A stretch of DNA of 64,000 nucleotides from Verrucomicrobiota bacterium (GCA_039815375.1 JBCBZJ010000014.1:1-64000); one strand, 5' to 3'. Positions 1-11,184 are shown, numbered from the stretch's first letter. The notes: generated from the sequence alone by a model not told the origin. A program made the numbers and translations.

Positions 1-795
1 AAAATTGAGTTTTGGGCTTGGCCAAACATTCTGGCATTTGATGCGGCCCTGATCGCAGTTGGGTGGCAATGGGTGTTCGCCATTAGCAACAATGAAGGCC
101 CAAATCTTGCGAGTTCAGCCGTTTTGTGTCTATCCGTCTGGCTCACCTATATAGCCGACCGGCTATTTGATGTCGCTCGACGACCAAGCAGAGATCTGCT
201 CTCGCACCGCCACCGTTTTGCCAAACAGAACCAAGGTATTTTATGGACTGTCTGGATGGTCATCCTTGTGGCCAACCTTACAATCGCATTCCCTGGGCTC
301 AGTTCAAAACAGCTCTTTAACGGCTTCATCCTACTCTCCTTGTGCCTCACTTACACGGGGCTCAACCATGCCCTATCCAAGCACTTTTTCCCAAAAGAGC
401 TTCTTGTCGCAATAATCTTTGCCGGTGGAACCCAAGTCTTTCTCTCAAAGCCAGTGGGCAAACTCAGCATCTTTGCCTTTGGGCTCCTCTGTTTCATGAA
501 CTGCATCATCATCGCAAAAAAAGAAAAGGCAGTGGATGCAGGGCTAAATGTCCGTTCAATCTCCTCCGTTTTAGATACTCGGCTGCTTAATATACTGCTC
601 GCCGTAGGGATTCTGTGTGCACTCTTTTCCAGCGATCCCGTTGCACTCCTACCAACTGCTTTTTGCCTCACGCTTCTCCAATTATACAGGCGACATTTTG
701 CGACCGAGCGCTTTCGAGTCCTTTGCGACACTTCGCTACTCATCACCCCCGGACTCTATTTGCTTTTTGGCTCGGGCGGCGTGTTCGTTAGGTAG
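1..795 (+). CDS. UbiA-prenyltransferase-like integral membrane protein (5'-truncated by window edge)
   Basis: Frame is open from base 1 (KIEFWAWPNILAFDAALIAVGWQW...), so the true start lies upstream; multiple TM segments; YIADRLFD motif resembles the UbiA-family Asp motif. Confidence 0.55.
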   Translation, partial: KIEFWAWPNILAFDAALIAVGWQWVFAISNNEGPNLASSAVLCLSVWLTYIADRLFDVARRPSRDLLSHRHRFAKQNQGILWTVWMVILVANLTIAFPGLSSKQLFNGFILLSLCLTYTGLNHALSKHFFPKELLVAIIFAGGTQVFLSKPVGKLSIFAFGLLCFMNCIIIAKKEKAVDAGLNVRSISSVLDTRLLNILLAVGILCALFSSDPVALLPTAFCLTLLQLYRRHFATERFRVLCDTSLLITPGLYLLFGSGGVFVR

Positions 796-1451
796 TTCTG
801 ATGCTTGGCCAACTGCTGATCGAGTGAGCTTGCCAACATAATCGAAGTTGCGAAAAACATAATCACGGCATTCGTGACTGCGTCACTTGTAACCGATTTC
901 TTGATACGCCGTGAGAAATCCCGATTCAAACCTTCCAGAACATCGTAGAGTTCCTTTAGCTCCTTCAGCTCCCAGTCAGGCGCCTCTCCATTGAGCTGTT
1001 TGAAGTATTGTTTGATTAAATAAGAACCGACAGAGCGCTGTAACGTCTCCTCTGAGGTACAGAACGGGATATGAAAACTAGCCATCGCTCCCAACTTATT
1101 GAGCACCGGACAACCACTCGTCGCCATCATCAATCCAAGCAATGAGTTAATACCGACCTGAAGGTCACACCTATCAAAGTAGCTGCGTTCTACGGTCTTT
1201 ACTGTGACCTCAACCATCTCGGTTGATTCGCGGTCAGCAAAGGCCTCCATTACTTCATTCATACGCGTTGCAGTCGGGCAGTATTTGCAATTGCTTTCTT
1301 TGAGCGGACAACAGGAACATTGCTCAAAACTCAATTTGGCCCAATCGGGATGACTCTCGCCACGCTCCAGTTCTACTGGACCTGTAGCCACATCGAACAC
1401 CACCTGCTTATGGTTATCGAGTTTGAAGCTGTAGCGCACATCACCACTCAT
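756..1451 (-). CDS. Cys-rich hypothetical protein (DUF6901-like)
   Basis: Likely start MSGDVRY at 1451; motifs WAKLSFEQCSCCPL, CKYCP, GLMMATSGCP, FHIPF; overlaps the 3' end of the upstream convergent gene by 40 bp. Confidence 0.6.
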   Translation of the reverse strand: MSGDVRYSFKLDNHKQVVFDVATGPVELERGESHPDWAKLSFEQCSCCPLKESNCKYCPTATRMNEVMEAFADRESTEMVEVTVKTVERSYFDRCDLQVGINSLLGLMMATSGCPVLNKLGAMASFHIPFCTSEETLQRSVGSYLIKQYFKQLNGEAPDWELKELKELYDVLEGLNRDFSRRIKKSVTSDAVTNAVIMFFATSIMLASSLDQQLAKHQNYLTNTPPEPKSK

Positions 1452-1565
1452 AATAGGAACTATAAACAATTGTAACGACACGTCGATGCTACAGTTCAAA
1501 TTGTCCAGCTACGTGATATCCTTTAGTTGACGGAGGTAGTTCAGCAACTTAAGAATTTTGCTCCT

Positions 1566-2000
1566 ATGCTTAATGGTATCTCCCCCTTGCTTAGCCCGGA
1601 ACTCTTGAATGCTTTATATAGGATGGGCCATGGCGACGAAATCCTGCTTGCTGACGCCCACTACCCCGGCGATACCTTCGGCAAGCAAGTCATCCGTGCG
1701 GATGGCATAAACATCCCCGACTTGCTCACTGCGATCCTTCCGCTTTTCCCACTCGACACTTTTGTTGACGCACCACTCGCCATGATGTCCGCCGTCCCCG
1801 GAGACGAGCTTGATCCTGAAGTTGAAAAAGCCTATCGGGCGAGTATTGCAATAACCGGTATTGATTCAGGAATCGCGCTGGAGCGGGTCGAGCGTTTCAC
1901 ATTCTACGAACGCAGCAGGAACTGCTATGCTGTCGTGATGACCGGCGAGATGGCGAAATATGGCAATATCATACTAAAGAAGGGCCTGGCTAATATTTGA
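1566..2000 (+). CDS. fucU: L-fucose mutarotase / RbsD-FucU family
   Basis: MLNGISPLLSPELL..MGHGDEILLADAHYP and FYERSRNCYAVVMTGE..YGNIILKKG signature; ATG at 1566. Confidence 0.9.
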   Translation: MLNGISPLLSPELLNALYRMGHGDEILLADAHYPGDTFGKQVIRADGINIPDLLTAILPLFPLDTFVDAPLAMMSAVPGDELDPEVEKAYRASIAITGIDSGIALERVERFTFYERSRNCYAVVMTGEMAKYGNIILKKGLANI

Positions 2001-2138
2001 TCCAAAGGATTCCTCAGCCTTGATCATACTCCTATTCTACCAACCTTTTTTCATTCTAATCTGATTAACGTTACGATTTGGATTCAAGAAAACCCTTAAA
2101 ATCTCAACCTCTAAACCTCCCCCATACACACTAGAATT

Positions 2139-3764
2139 ATGCCTAAACAAAAGACCGTCCTTCTCGTCGCCAACGGCGACCTCCGCCTCTCGGCCAACCA
2201 GAACTGCTGGGCCAAGCAGGATGAGATGGAAAAAGAACTTGCAAGCGTCCTTGCTACTCTAGGTGGCAAGATCAAACGCGCACACGCCTACAAGCCCGAA
2301 GAGAAGCACGGCTTCATCTCCAGCCAGCGCGAAGGCATGGACGTGTTTGCCAAGATCGACCGCAAGGCACCGCTTATCGTGGCAGAGGCCGTCTGGCAAT
2401 ACTCACACCACCTCTTGCATGGCCTTATCTCTCACCAAGGTCCTATACTTACAGTAGCTAACTGGAGCGGCACATGGCCAGGTCTTGTCGGCATGCTCAA
2501 CCTTAACGGCTCCCTGACAAAGGCCGGCGTAGAATACTCCACCCTTTGGAGCGAGGACTTCAGCAACGACAAAGCTTTCCAAAAGAAACTTCAGACATGG
2601 CTCGAAACCGGCAAGGTGAAGCACCCCACAAGCCACGTCAAAAAATATACCGGCAGGCAAGCTCCTACGCGGGCGAAAAGCGTCGCTACCAAAATTGCCA
2701 AGGACCTCGACAAGAACAAAGCCATTATGGGCGTCTTCGACGAGTTCTGCATGGGTATGTATAATGCCGCAATTCCCGATGAGCTTCTCTTCCAGACTGG
2801 CGTCTACAAAGAACAGCTCAGCCAATCAGCGCTCTACGCGGAGATGCAAACCGTGACCAAAAAGGAGGCTGAAGAAGTCTTCAGCTGGATCGAAAAAAAG
2901 GGATTCAATTTCCACTTCGGCAAGAACGGCAAGACTGACCTCACCAAGGCTCAGGTCCTCGAGCAGTGTAAAATGTATATTGCAGCCTGCCGTATTGGCG
3001 ACACTTTCGGCTGCGATGCTCTCGGCATACAATACCAGCAGGGCCTCAAAGATCTCTGCCCTGCATCTGATCTCGTCGAAGGCATGCTCAACAGCTCCGA
3101 CCGTCCTCCAGTCAAGAACGCTAAGAACGAAGTCATCTTGAAGGGTGAAACTTACCCACACTTCAACGAAGTCGACGAGTGCTGCGGCCTCGATGCGCTC
3201 ATTACCAAGCGCCTTCACACCGCCCTCAAGCAGCCCACCGAGACCACTCTCCACGACCTTCGCTGGGGCGACTGGGACAAGTCCGGCACTACCGATGAAT
3301 ATGTCTGGGTCTTTCTCATCTCCGGCTCTGCACCGATTGAGCACCATATCGGCGGATGGAAGGGCAGCCACGGTTATCGCCAGCCTGCGATGTATTTCCC
3401 GCTCGGTGGTTCCACACTCCACGGCATCGCCAAAACCGGCGAAATCGTTTGGAGCCGCATCTTCATCGAAGATGGCAAACTCAAGATGGATCTCGGTCGA
3501 GCAAAGGTCATCAGCCTGCCAAAGGAAGAAACTCAGCGTCGCCTCGACGAGACCACACCCCAGTGGCCAATCATGCACGCCGTCACTTACGGTGTGAGCC
3601 GTGATCAAATGATGGCACGCCATAAGGCGAACCACATTAACGTCGCATATGCCAAAGGTGCCAAAGAGGCCGACAATTGTCTCTACGCCAAGGCTGAGCT
3701 CGCAAAGCAAATGGGAATGGAAGTCTTCCTCTGCGGCACCAAAGCTGACGGCAAGAAGTTCTAA
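2139..3764 (+). CDS. L-fucose isomerase-like sugar isomerase
   Basis: 541 aa; [33 protein letters not shown] motifs of the fucose/arabinose isomerase family; adjacent to fucU. Confidence 0.75.
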   Translation: MPKQKTVLLVANGDLRLSANQNCWAKQDEMEKELASVLATLGGKIKRAHAYKPEEKHGFISSQREGMDVFAKIDRKAPLIVAEAVWQYSHHLLHGLISHQGPILTVANWSGTWPGLVGMLNLNGSLTKAGVEYSTLWSEDFSNDKAFQKKLQTWLETGKVKHPTSHVKKYTGRQAPTRAKSVATKIAKDLDKNKAIMGVFDEFCMGMYNAAIPDELLFQTGVYKEQLSQSALYAEMQTVTKKEAEEVFSWIEKKGFNFHFGKNGKTDLTKAQVLEQCKMYIAACRIGDTFGCDALGIQYQQGLKDLCPASDLVEGMLNSSDRPPVKNAKNEVILKGETYPHFNEVDECCGLDALITKRLHTALKQPTETTLHDLRWGDWDKSGTTDEYVWVFLISGSAPIEHHIGGWKGSHGYRQPAMYFPLGGSTLHGIAKTGEIVWSRIFIEDGKLKMDLGRAKVISLPKEETQRRLDETTPQWPIMHAVTYGVSRDQMMARHKANHINVAYAKGAKEADNCLYAKAELAKQMGMEVFLCGTKADGKKF

Positions 3765-3846
3765 GGAGACTCGAACATTCAATGTTTAAGATCGTTCCGG
3801 GCAAAGCGACAAGATCGAGCGTGTAGCGAAACGAGCTATCTTCAAT

Positions 3847-3880
3847 GCCGGTCACTGCTCGTCAGTGCCCGGCCTTTTTT
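3847..3880 (+). terminator. Rho-independent terminator after the isomerase gene
   Basis: gccggtcactg-ctcgt-cagtgcccggc stem (one mismatch) followed by ctttttt. Confidence 0.75.
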
Positions 3881-4023
3881 AGGAAAGCGAGTTCATCCCG
3901 GATTATGCCATAGGATGAGCAAGGTCCCGACAACTGAAGGCCGGGGAGTGTAGAAGCATATGTGAATGTCGACCTTACCCAACAAAATGTTGGCAAAGTC
4001 CGTTTGCACCGTTCGAGTGCGTC

Positions 4024-4287
4024 TCAGGCCGTAGCCCCAACCCTCTCTATCAGACCAAAGATAATATTCTTACTGCTTCGGCTCTTTCCAATGCGCACGT
4101 AGCGCTTCTCAATTAAAGCAGAAAGAGCATTATCTACAATTCGAGGACTCAGGCCCGATACAGCTATTATTCTCTCACGGGTCCTCCACCGATACTTGTC
4201 ATGAGACAAAACGAGTAGAACCTTTTTCTCATCCTCCGAAAAAGAAGACAGGGCCGTCATCCAATCTAAGTTCTGTAAATACGCCAT
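4024..4287 (-). CDS. Small basic winged-helix-like protein
   Basis: 87 aa; KVLLVLSHDKYRWRTRERIIAVSGLSPRIVDNALSALIEKRYVRIGK has the helix-turn-helix plus wing pattern. Confidence 0.55.
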   Translation of the reverse strand: MAYLQNLDWMTALSSFSEDEKKVLLVLSHDKYRWRTRERIIAVSGLSPRIVDNALSALIEKRYVRIGKSRSSKNIIFGLIERVGATA

Positions 4288-4289
4288 AT

Positions 4290-4703
4290 CTACTTTTTCT
4301 CTAATTCTTTGAGTGCTTCCAGCGCATTAAGATAATCATCCGATGCAGCAGACTGCGTTACCGGAGAATCATCAACCAAATCGTCCTGCTCAACAAGACT
4401 TTCCTGCTTATTGGCAATGGCATTCAGGACATGCTGAACCAATTTGGGATCCTCCCAGGAATCAAACTTCTCCAGAAGGGCGAGCGGAATCAGGTCTGCA
4501 TTTTGCGCAATCAGAAGCTGTGGGTTCTTAAAGAACATCAGCACTAGAGCAGTTAGAATGAATAGCAACGCCACGGTGCAAAACAAAAGTATGTCCTGGC
4601 CTGAAACAGAATCAGCGAAACCTGCAATTACGCTCAAGACAGTCTGCGTGAAAGCCATGCAGGCACCTAAGAAAAAAAGCACTCCTTTACCTGAATCATT
4701 CAC
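4290..4703 (-). CDS. Hypothetical protein with two N-terminal TM helices and acidic tail
   Basis: 137 aa, GTG start, two hydrophobic segments then a D/E-rich C-terminus; AT-richer than flanking genes. Confidence 0.55.
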   Translation of the reverse strand: MNDSGKGVLFFLGACMAFTQTVLSVIAGFADSVSGQDILLFCTVALLFILTALVLMFFKNPQLLIAQNADLIPLALLEKFDSWEDPKLVQHVLNAIANKQESLVEQDDLVDDSPVTQSAASDDYLNALEALKELEKK

Positions 4704-4764
4704 CTTCTAATAAAAAACCAGATTCAATAACTTTGGCGAAATATAACGCTCCGATGAAAAGACT

Positions 4765-5991
4765 CTACCGTCCGCGACGGATATCGGAGCCTTTGAAAGT
4801 AATGCGCACTCGATAGACCCGCTTGATGCGGGTCTTGATCTTGAAGCTCTTGGGATTGATGGAGTCCGGTATCTCTTCACGGTTTATATCGATCAATGCA
4901 TGGTAGCCACGTTCGGAAAAGATATCTATGAGCATGGCGAGCGCATCGGAGTCCTGCAAAATAAGGCTTTCGGTGTTGATCACCGCAGCACCGGAAATCG
5001 CATGCCGCTCAATAATTGGCATGAACTCTTGCTTAATGAGCTCGACTACTTTCACGAACAGATCGGTCTGACGGTCGGCGTAGGTATCGAGCCGGTCCAC
5101 AAGCTCCTGTCGGGCGTGCTTCGAAAGTGTGATCGCAACTGGAATCTGGGAGACGTGATCATAGGTGACTTCGTCGAGTTCAAGGGAACCCTGGTAGCTA
5201 AGCTCCTCATCGATGCGTTGACGGACTTCTTCGATCGGGCCGTGCGCATTGATAAAGTGGTAAAAGAAGATTTCCCGGAGATCTTTTAGGGCACCGTAAG
5301 TCTTCTCTTTGAAAGTGCGGTAACGATTGAGAGCAGCCTTCGGATCGAGGTCTGTTGGCCGCAATTCAAAAGGCTCTCCAACGCCGGTCTCCATCACTTC
5401 GGAGTTATGAATCATGGCCTCGCGGCCCCGGTTGAGTTGACGCTTGACGCTCTCTTTTTCATCAACGAAGAGCACGACGATGTGGAAATGAGGCTTTTTG
5501 AAATGCTCGGAGTAGAGGGTTTCCTTGAACTTATTGCGCAAATCGATGAGCTTTTGGTAGAGCATCTTAACGCACTCCACCTGAACCTTGGTGCGCGGAA
5601 AGCCGTCAACCACGGCGCCGGACTTATAAACAGGCTCGAGAAGTTTGCGTAGCATAATCTCAATCACTTCCCGATCACCAACGAGCATACCCGCATCCTT
5701 CATCTTATGCGCTTCGGGGGTATTCAAAAGAGAGCTAACGACCAACGGTGGTGCCGTGAGATCACGGTATTGCATGATAAAATCGGTGTTGGTCCCCTTG
5801 CCTGCTCCTGGTGCACCATTGAGCCAGAAAATCTCCTTTGGAAAGCGCAGGTTCTCCTCGCCAAGCTCTTCTTCGAGGGCCGACCAAACCGAATTGAAAA
5901 TGATCTGGGCGTCTTTGACCTCAAGGTCTTGGACTTTTTCAGCCTCGGGAGTAGGTGCGGTGGCCTCTTGCTTTTCAGCCGTAGTAGTCAT
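4765..5991 (-). CDS. Long-form adenylate/nucleoside monophosphate kinase
   Basis: P-loop [15 protein letters not shown] and VDGFPRT motifs; likely start MTTTAEK at 5991; long C-terminal extension. Confidence 0.8.
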   Translation of the reverse strand: MTTTAEKQEATAPTPEAEKVQDLEVKDAQIIFNSVWSALEEELGEENLRFPKEIFWLNGAPGAGKGTNTDFIMQYRDLTAPPLVVSSLLNTPEAHKMKDAGMLVGDREVIEIMLRKLLEPVYKSGAVVDGFPRTKVQVECVKMLYQKLIDLRNKFKETLYSEHFKKPHFHIVVLFVDEKESVKRQLNRGREAMIHNSEVMETGVGEPFELRPTDLDPKAALNRYRTFKEKTYGALKDLREIFFYHFINAHGPIEEVRQRIDEELSYQGSLELDEVTYDHVSQIPVAITLSKHARQELVDRLDTYADRQTDLFVKVVELIKQEFMPIIERHAISGAAVINTESLILQDSDALAMLIDIFSERGYHALIDINREEIPDSINPKSFKIKTRIKRVYRVRITFKGSDIRRGR

Positions 5992-6079
5992 ATATATTGA
6001 ATCAGAAGGAAAACTACAGCTGTGAAGCAAAGTGTGGAGCGCTTCAAGCACCGATATCCCCGGCAAAAAGGAGCGTTGC

Positions 6080-7306
6080 TTACCAAGGGGCTCGAGTAAT
6101 CGAAGGCGTCTTTGTTTTCGGAAGGCAAATTCGTGCGGCCGCTTGCTCGAAGTCTTCTTCACCGGACAGAATGTCGATTTCTAGGCGAAGGTAATAAATC
6201 GGAATGGGTGCTTTGATATCTTCAAAAAGACGGACGGCGTCCTTCTCGGTCGTCACGATCATATCGAGATCGAGCTTCTCGGCCTTGTTGTAGAGACGCT
6301 CAATCTCGAAGCGACTGAAGCGATGGTGGTCAAGGAATCGCTGGTTGTAGCGAATCTCGGCACCAAACTCGCGAAGCATTTTCTCAAAACTCTCGGGCGA
6401 GGCAATTCCACTGAAGGCAGCAACGCGAGCGCCCTTCAGCGCGTCGAGTGAAAGTTGCTCGCCACTTTCGGGGGACCTTAAGAACTGCGGCTTGTGAGCA
6501 CACTCAATGATTTCGGCCGTAGGATTATTTTCACGTATGAGCTCAAGTAGTGTTTCGTCGCGATTCCCGTCTGATTTGGTCAGGAAAATATAGCTGGCAC
6601 GGCTGAGATGCTTGACTGGCTCACGAAGGATGCCCCGTGGTAGAAGATGCTGATTCCCAAAGGGATTGGTCTTATCAACGAGGAGCAAATTTAGCTTTCC
6701 CTGAAGCGGGAGGTATTGGAAACCATCGTCCAGGATAAGGGTGTCGCAACCAAATCTGCGGATCGCAAACGAGCCGGCCTTGACCCGATTCTTGTCACAG
6801 AGAACAACCACGCCGGGAAGATTACGAGCTAACATAAAGGGCTCATCACCTGCTATTTCCGAATCAAGCAAAACGTTTTCACCATCACTAACAATCTTGG
6901 GTGGATCTTCTTCACCGTGAGTCAGCTTTCGCCAGAGTTTCTTCGGCAACGGTTCCTTTTTGCTCTTATATCCTCGGCTCAGGATAGCAACCTTGCGACC
7001 ACGCTCGGTCAGAATACGGGCAAACTTTTCCACCACTGGCGTCTTACCGGTGCCACCGACAGTGAGATTACCGACCACCACGACAAGACAGCCGAGCGGC
7101 CTGTTTCGTAGGATTCGATGTTCGTAAAGATACCACCTCATTTGGACGATTCCACTGAAAAGAAAGGAAAGCCCATAAAGAACAGAAGCCATCACTTCAG
7201 CGGCGCGACCATGCCGGCGATCATAGATCACATCAGCTGTGAATTGGGCAAAATCGTCGGCCCAGCGCATGAGTTTATGGCGGTATCGGCGGAGCTTTGA
7301 CATCAA
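6080..7306 (-). CDS. lpxK: Tetraacyldisaccharide 4'-kinase
   Basis: [50 protein letters not shown] motifs. Confidence 0.95.
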   Translation of the reverse strand: MMSKLRRYRHKLMRWADDFAQFTADVIYDRRHGRAAEVMASVLYGLSFLFSGIVQMRWYLYEHRILRNRPLGCLVVVVGNLTVGGTGKTPVVEKFARILTERGRKVAILSRGYKSKKEPLPKKLWRKLTHGEEDPPKIVSDGENVLLDSEIAGDEPFMLARNLPGVVVLCDKNRVKAGSFAIRRFGCDTLILDDGFQYLPLQGKLNLLLVDKTNPFGNQHLLPRGILREPVKHLSRASYIFLTKSDGNRDETLLELIRENNPTAEIIECAHKPQFLRSPESGEQLSLDALKGARVAAFSGIASPESFEKMLREFGAEIRYNQRFLDHHRFSRFEIERLYNKAEKLDLDMIVTTEKDAVRLFEDIKAPIPIYYLRLEIDILSGEEDFEQAAARICLPKTKTPSITRAPW

Positions 7307-7460
7307 GTTTATTGGCCCGGAAATGTGGCCTAGTCATTTTTGAAAAACCAGAAAGAGGATTGACGCCAGTATTATTCGCCGCTTTCTACGCAAAAATCAA
7401 AGAGCCTCCGTTACCTGCGGAGGCTTCGCCGCTTTTATCGACTGTCGCTGCTCAAACTGA

Positions 7461-10001
7461 ATGAAATACCTGATCATCGCTGAGAAACCTTCTGTTGCAA
7501 CTGACTTATCCCGTGCGCTGTCCAGCAGGCTCGGCAAGTTCGATAAGCAAGGAAAATCGCGGGACGCGCAGTATTTTGAAAACGAGAATGCTGCGATTAC
7601 ATCTGCGGTTGGACATCTCGTCGAACTGAAGATGCCAACCGGCCCAAACGGGAAAAACCTGCCTTGGAATTTCGACGTCCTCCCTGCAATACCGAAGACT
7701 TTTGAGCTGCAGCCGATTGAAAAGACGCAGACCCGCCTCAAGCATGTCCTCGGCTTGGCCAAGAAAAAGGAATTCGATGTCATCGTAAACGCATGCGACG
7801 CCGGCCGAGAGGGTGAACTGATTTTCCAATACATCATGGAAATCGGCAAAATCCAGAAGCCAGTGAAGCGCCTCTGGATGCAGTCCATGACGACCGCTGC
7901 CATCCAGGAGGCCTGGGACCAGCTCCGCGAAGGCATCGACATGTCCAACCTGTCCGATGCAGCGAAATGCCGCTCTGAGTCGGACTGGCTCGTCGGCCTG
8001 AATTCAACCCGCGCACTTACCTGCTTCCGCTCAAGGCATGGCGGTTTTAACATTACCGCAGCTGGTCGTGTGCAGACCCCGACACTCGCTATCCTCGCAA
8101 AGCGTGAGCGCGAGATTAAGGCTTTCGTCTCCGAGGACTACTGGGAGGTGCACGCCGACTTTGCAGTTTCGAAAGGCAACTACGAGGGCAAGTGGATTGA
8201 CCCGAGTTTCAAAAAAGATGAGGACCGGCCGCACGGCCGGGCTGAACGCATCTGGGACAAAGCCACCGCCGAGCTCCTGCAGGCCCGCTGCGAAGGCAAA
8301 ACCGGAATCGTCACAGAAGAGAAAAAGCCGACTAAACAAATCGCACCGCAGCTCTACGATCTGACGACTCTGCAACGCGAGGCCCCCTTCACCGCAAAGA
8401 ACACCCTCGGTCTGGCGCAGGCACTTTACGAAAGGCACAAGATGCTGACCTACCCGCGAACCGACTCCCGCTATCTGCCGGAGGACTACATCGCCAAGGT
8501 CAAGGAAACCACCCGTGAACTGGCCAACTCCGGCCACCCGGTAGCACAGTGGGCAGCCAACTCACTGGAGAACAACCGCATCCAGTTTAACAAGCGCATC
8601 TTTAATAATACCAAGGTCTCCGATCACTTTGCCATCATTCCGACGGGCCGTGTGGTCAAGCTCAACGAGCAGGAATCCAAGATCTATGACATGGTGGTAA
8701 AGCGCTTCATCGCGGTGTTCTTTCCTCATGCCGAATTCGAGGTGACCAAGCGTCTGACTACAATCAACCACATAGACGCGACCGACACCTTCTTGACCAA
8801 TGGCAAGACCTTGACTGAGCCGGGCTGGCTCGCCGTTTACGGACGCGTCGCTGGGGTCGCTGCCTCCAAAGACGAACTCGTTGCCGTCGACGAGGGTGAA
8901 ACTGCGCAGACCGAAGCAATCGAGATTCTCGACAAGGCGACGCAGCCCCCTGCACGCTACACCGAGTCCACCCTACTTTCTGCAATGGAAGGCGCCGGCA
9001 AACTCATTGACGACGACGAACTACGCGAAGCAATGGCTGAGCGGGGCCTCGGCACTCCAGCCACTCGTGCCGCCACTATTGAGGGTCTGCTCCGCCAGAA
9101 GTATATCGCCCGTGATGGGCGCGACCTGAATGTGACAGGAAAAGGCCTCCGCCTTATCGAACTCTGCGAAGAAATGCATATCGAGGCGCTCAGTTCACCC
9201 TCCATGACAGGCGACTGGGAAGCGAAGCTCAACAAGATGGAGCGCGGCGAAATCCAGCGAGAGAATTTCATGCAGGAGATTAACGGTTTCACCAAGGAAG
9301 TCGTCGAAAAGGCACGCACCCATATGCAAACCATGGTGAACCGCGTCTTTCCGGATCTTGAATGCCCCTGCCCCGCGTGTAGCACAACACGGCTCAAACA
9401 AACCGACGCCACCTACGAGTGCCGTGACATAGACTGTAACTTCCGCATTTCCAAACACATTGCCGGGCGCAAACTCTCCACTGAAGAGGCGACGGAGCTT
9501 ATTACCAACAAGCAGCTTCCTGAGCGCGAGGGTTTCGTCTCACGCTTCAACAAGCCCTTCAGCGCGGCTCTCAAGCTCGGTCAGACTGTTTCGAAGACGG
9601 GTAAGCTGGGCAAGTGGAAGACTGAGTTCGTCTTCGATGACGACGAGCCCGAAAATGCCGAAGAGCTTGAAGACGATCAAATCCTCAAGGAAATTAAGCT
9701 AAAGAACGGTGCCGAAGCAAAGCTCTATGCCACCGACAAGGCCTATTACGTGCCACAGCTTAAGACTAAGGATGCACCCGAAGGCTTCCGTTTGGGTAAG
9801 ACTATACTCCAAAAGGAACTGCAACCGGAGGAAGTCGAGAAACTCTTTACTCAGGGCAAAACCGCCCTGCTCGACGGCTTCATTTCCAAACGGACTAAAC
9901 GCGCATTCAAAGCCCACCTCACTCTGGACATCGAAACCGGTAAAATAGGTTTCGAATTTGCTCCGCGCCCTGCGAAGAAAGCTGCAAAGAAGAAGACTTA
10001 G
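7461..10001 (+). CDS. topB: DNA topoisomerase III (type IA)
   Basis: [35 protein letters not shown], catalytic [17 protein letters not shown]-terminal repeats ([14 protein letters not shown]). Confidence 0.93.
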   Translation: MKYLIIAEKPSVATDLSRALSSRLGKFDKQGKSRDAQYFENENAAITSAVGHLVELKMPTGPNGKNLPWNFDVLPAIPKTFELQPIEKTQTRLKHVLGLAKKKEFDVIVNACDAGREGELIFQYIMEIGKIQKPVKRLWMQSMTTAAIQEAWDQLREGIDMSNLSDAAKCRSESDWLVGLNSTRALTCFRSRHGGFNITAAGRVQTPTLAILAKREREIKAFVSEDYWEVHADFAVSKGNYEGKWIDPSFKKDEDRPHGRAERIWDKATAELLQARCEGKTGIVTEEKKPTKQIAPQLYDLTTLQREAPFTAKNTLGLAQALYERHKMLTYPRTDSRYLPEDYIAKVKETTRELANSGHPVAQWAANSLENNRIQFNKRIFNNTKVSDHFAIIPTGRVVKLNEQESKIYDMVVKRFIAVFFPHAEFEVTKRLTTINHIDATDTFLTNGKTLTEPGWLAVYGRVAGVAASKDELVAVDEGETAQTEAIEILDKATQPPARYTESTLLSAMEGAGKLIDDDELREAMAERGLGTPATRAATIEGLLRQKYIARDGRDLNVTGKGLRLIELCEEMHIEALSSPSMTGDWEAKLNKMERGEIQRENFMQEINGFTKEVVEKARTHMQTMVNRVFPDLECPCPACSTTRLKQTDATYECRDIDCNFRISKHIAGRKLSTEEATELITNKQLPEREGFVSRFNKPFSAALKLGQTVSKTGKLGKWKTEFVFDDDEPENAEELEDDQILKEIKLKNGAEAKLYATDKAYYVPQLKTKDAPEGFRLGKTILQKELQPEEVEKLFTQGKTALLDGFISKRTKRAFKAHLTLDIETGKIGFEFAPRPAKKAAKKKT

Positions 10002-10191
10002 AGACTTCGCTTCTGCGCCAGAACAATCGAGCCGCTCTAGTCGTTTAGGATAGAAGAATCTGCCTCGACTCGAAAATTCCTCTGTGATTAATGATCAAAT
10101 GCTTGAGTCGGCATCTCTGCTGATTTTACTTTAATTTTAATTTTATCAGCAAGCCTCTGAACAATCCTTTGAGGTTCGCGACTAAGGTTCT

Positions 10192-11184
10192 ATGAAGTTT
10201 TTGAGTAGATCCATTCTTGTTTTGCTAGTCAGCTTGAACAGGATCGAAGCGGTTGTCATCGATCTCGACGGCAACAGCTTCGCTTCCAATATTAATCAGG
10301 ACTTGAGAGTGGATAACGACCTCAGCGGTGCCAATTTTTTCAGGGGAGACTTCACCGGCGCAAACTTCAGTAATGTGATCTTTGACGGAGCAACCTTTCA
10401 GCAAGCCGAGCTCAGCGGCACGAATTTCTCCAATGCTAGCCTCGTCAGCGTGAATTTCTTCAGAGCCGACTTGGATGGGGCGATCATTGCCTCGGCAACG
10501 TTAACGAACGCAAATTTCCAGGAGGCAGATCTTGAGATGGCAAACCTGAGCGGTTCTGATCTTAGCGGAGCGAATCTCTTCAAGGCAGACCTTGAGGACG
10601 CAATCTTGACAGGGGCAGATCTATCTGGGGCATTTTTACAGCAGGCCAATTTCCAGGCCACTGACCTTAGTGGAGCCAATTTAAGTAATACCAATTCATT
10701 CCAAACAAACTTTCAGGATGCCAATCTCGATTCCGTCGACCTGAGTAATTCAAACCTTCAACAAGCTGACTTGGCAGGGGCCGACCTAAGTGAGGCCGAC
10801 CTCACTAATACGAATTCGTTCAATGCGAACTTCCAGAACACTGATCTCACATCAGCCGACCTGAGCAATTCGAACCTCCAACAGGCGGATCTTGCAGGGG
10901 CCAATCTCAGCGGAGCAAGTTTGACCGATACAAATTTATTCAATACTGATTTTTCGTCTGCGACTCTAGTGGGTGCTGACCTGTCATCTTCCAATAATAC
11001 GGATCGGGCAATTTTTGACGAAACTCTATTTGATGCCGAAACAGACTTCAGTGGAAGCAACACGCCCGATCCATTTGCTGAAGAAGGTCTGGTATTTGTC
11101 CCAGAACCATTGAGTTACCCGATATTGCTGAGCCTATCGGCACTCGGATTTACAGTCCTGCGACGACGTCAACGGAGAAAGTAG
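10192..11184 (+). CDS. Secreted pentapeptide-repeat protein with PEP-CTERM sorting signal
   Basis: N-terminal signal peptide, long run of A(D/N)Lxx-type pentapeptides, C-terminal VPEP + TM helix + RRRQRRK. Confidence 0.9.
   Translation: MKFLSRSILVLLVSLNRIEAVVIDLDGNSFASNINQDLRVDNDLSGANFFRGDFTGANFSNVIFDGATFQQAELSGTNFSNASLVSVNFFRADLDGAIIASATLTNANFQEADLEMANLSGSDLSGANLFKADLEDAILTGADLSGAFLQQANFQATDLSGANLSNTNSFQTNFQDANLDSVDLSNSNLQQADLAGADLSEADLTNTNSFNANFQNTDLTSADLSNSNLQQADLAGANLSGASLTDTNLFNTDFSSATLVGADLSSSNNTDRAIFDETLFDAETDFSGSNTPDPFAEEGLVFVPEPLSYPILLSLSALGFTVLRRRQRRK

Noticed and set aside
2066..2073. LacI-type operator core TAACGTTA upstream of the isomerase
   Set aside because: An 8-bp palindrome alone is too short to support, and no regulator is nearby
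2826..3782. 318-aa minus-strand ORF
   Set aside because: Antisense shadow of the isomerase gene with no motifs; the same applies to 7397-8053, 21904-22839, 31949-32614, 48356-48979 and 49034-49693
10192..11184. Qnr/MfpA-type topoisomerase-protecting protein
   Set aside because: Signal peptide and PEP-CTERM indicate export, and the neighbour is a type IA enzyme rather than gyrase
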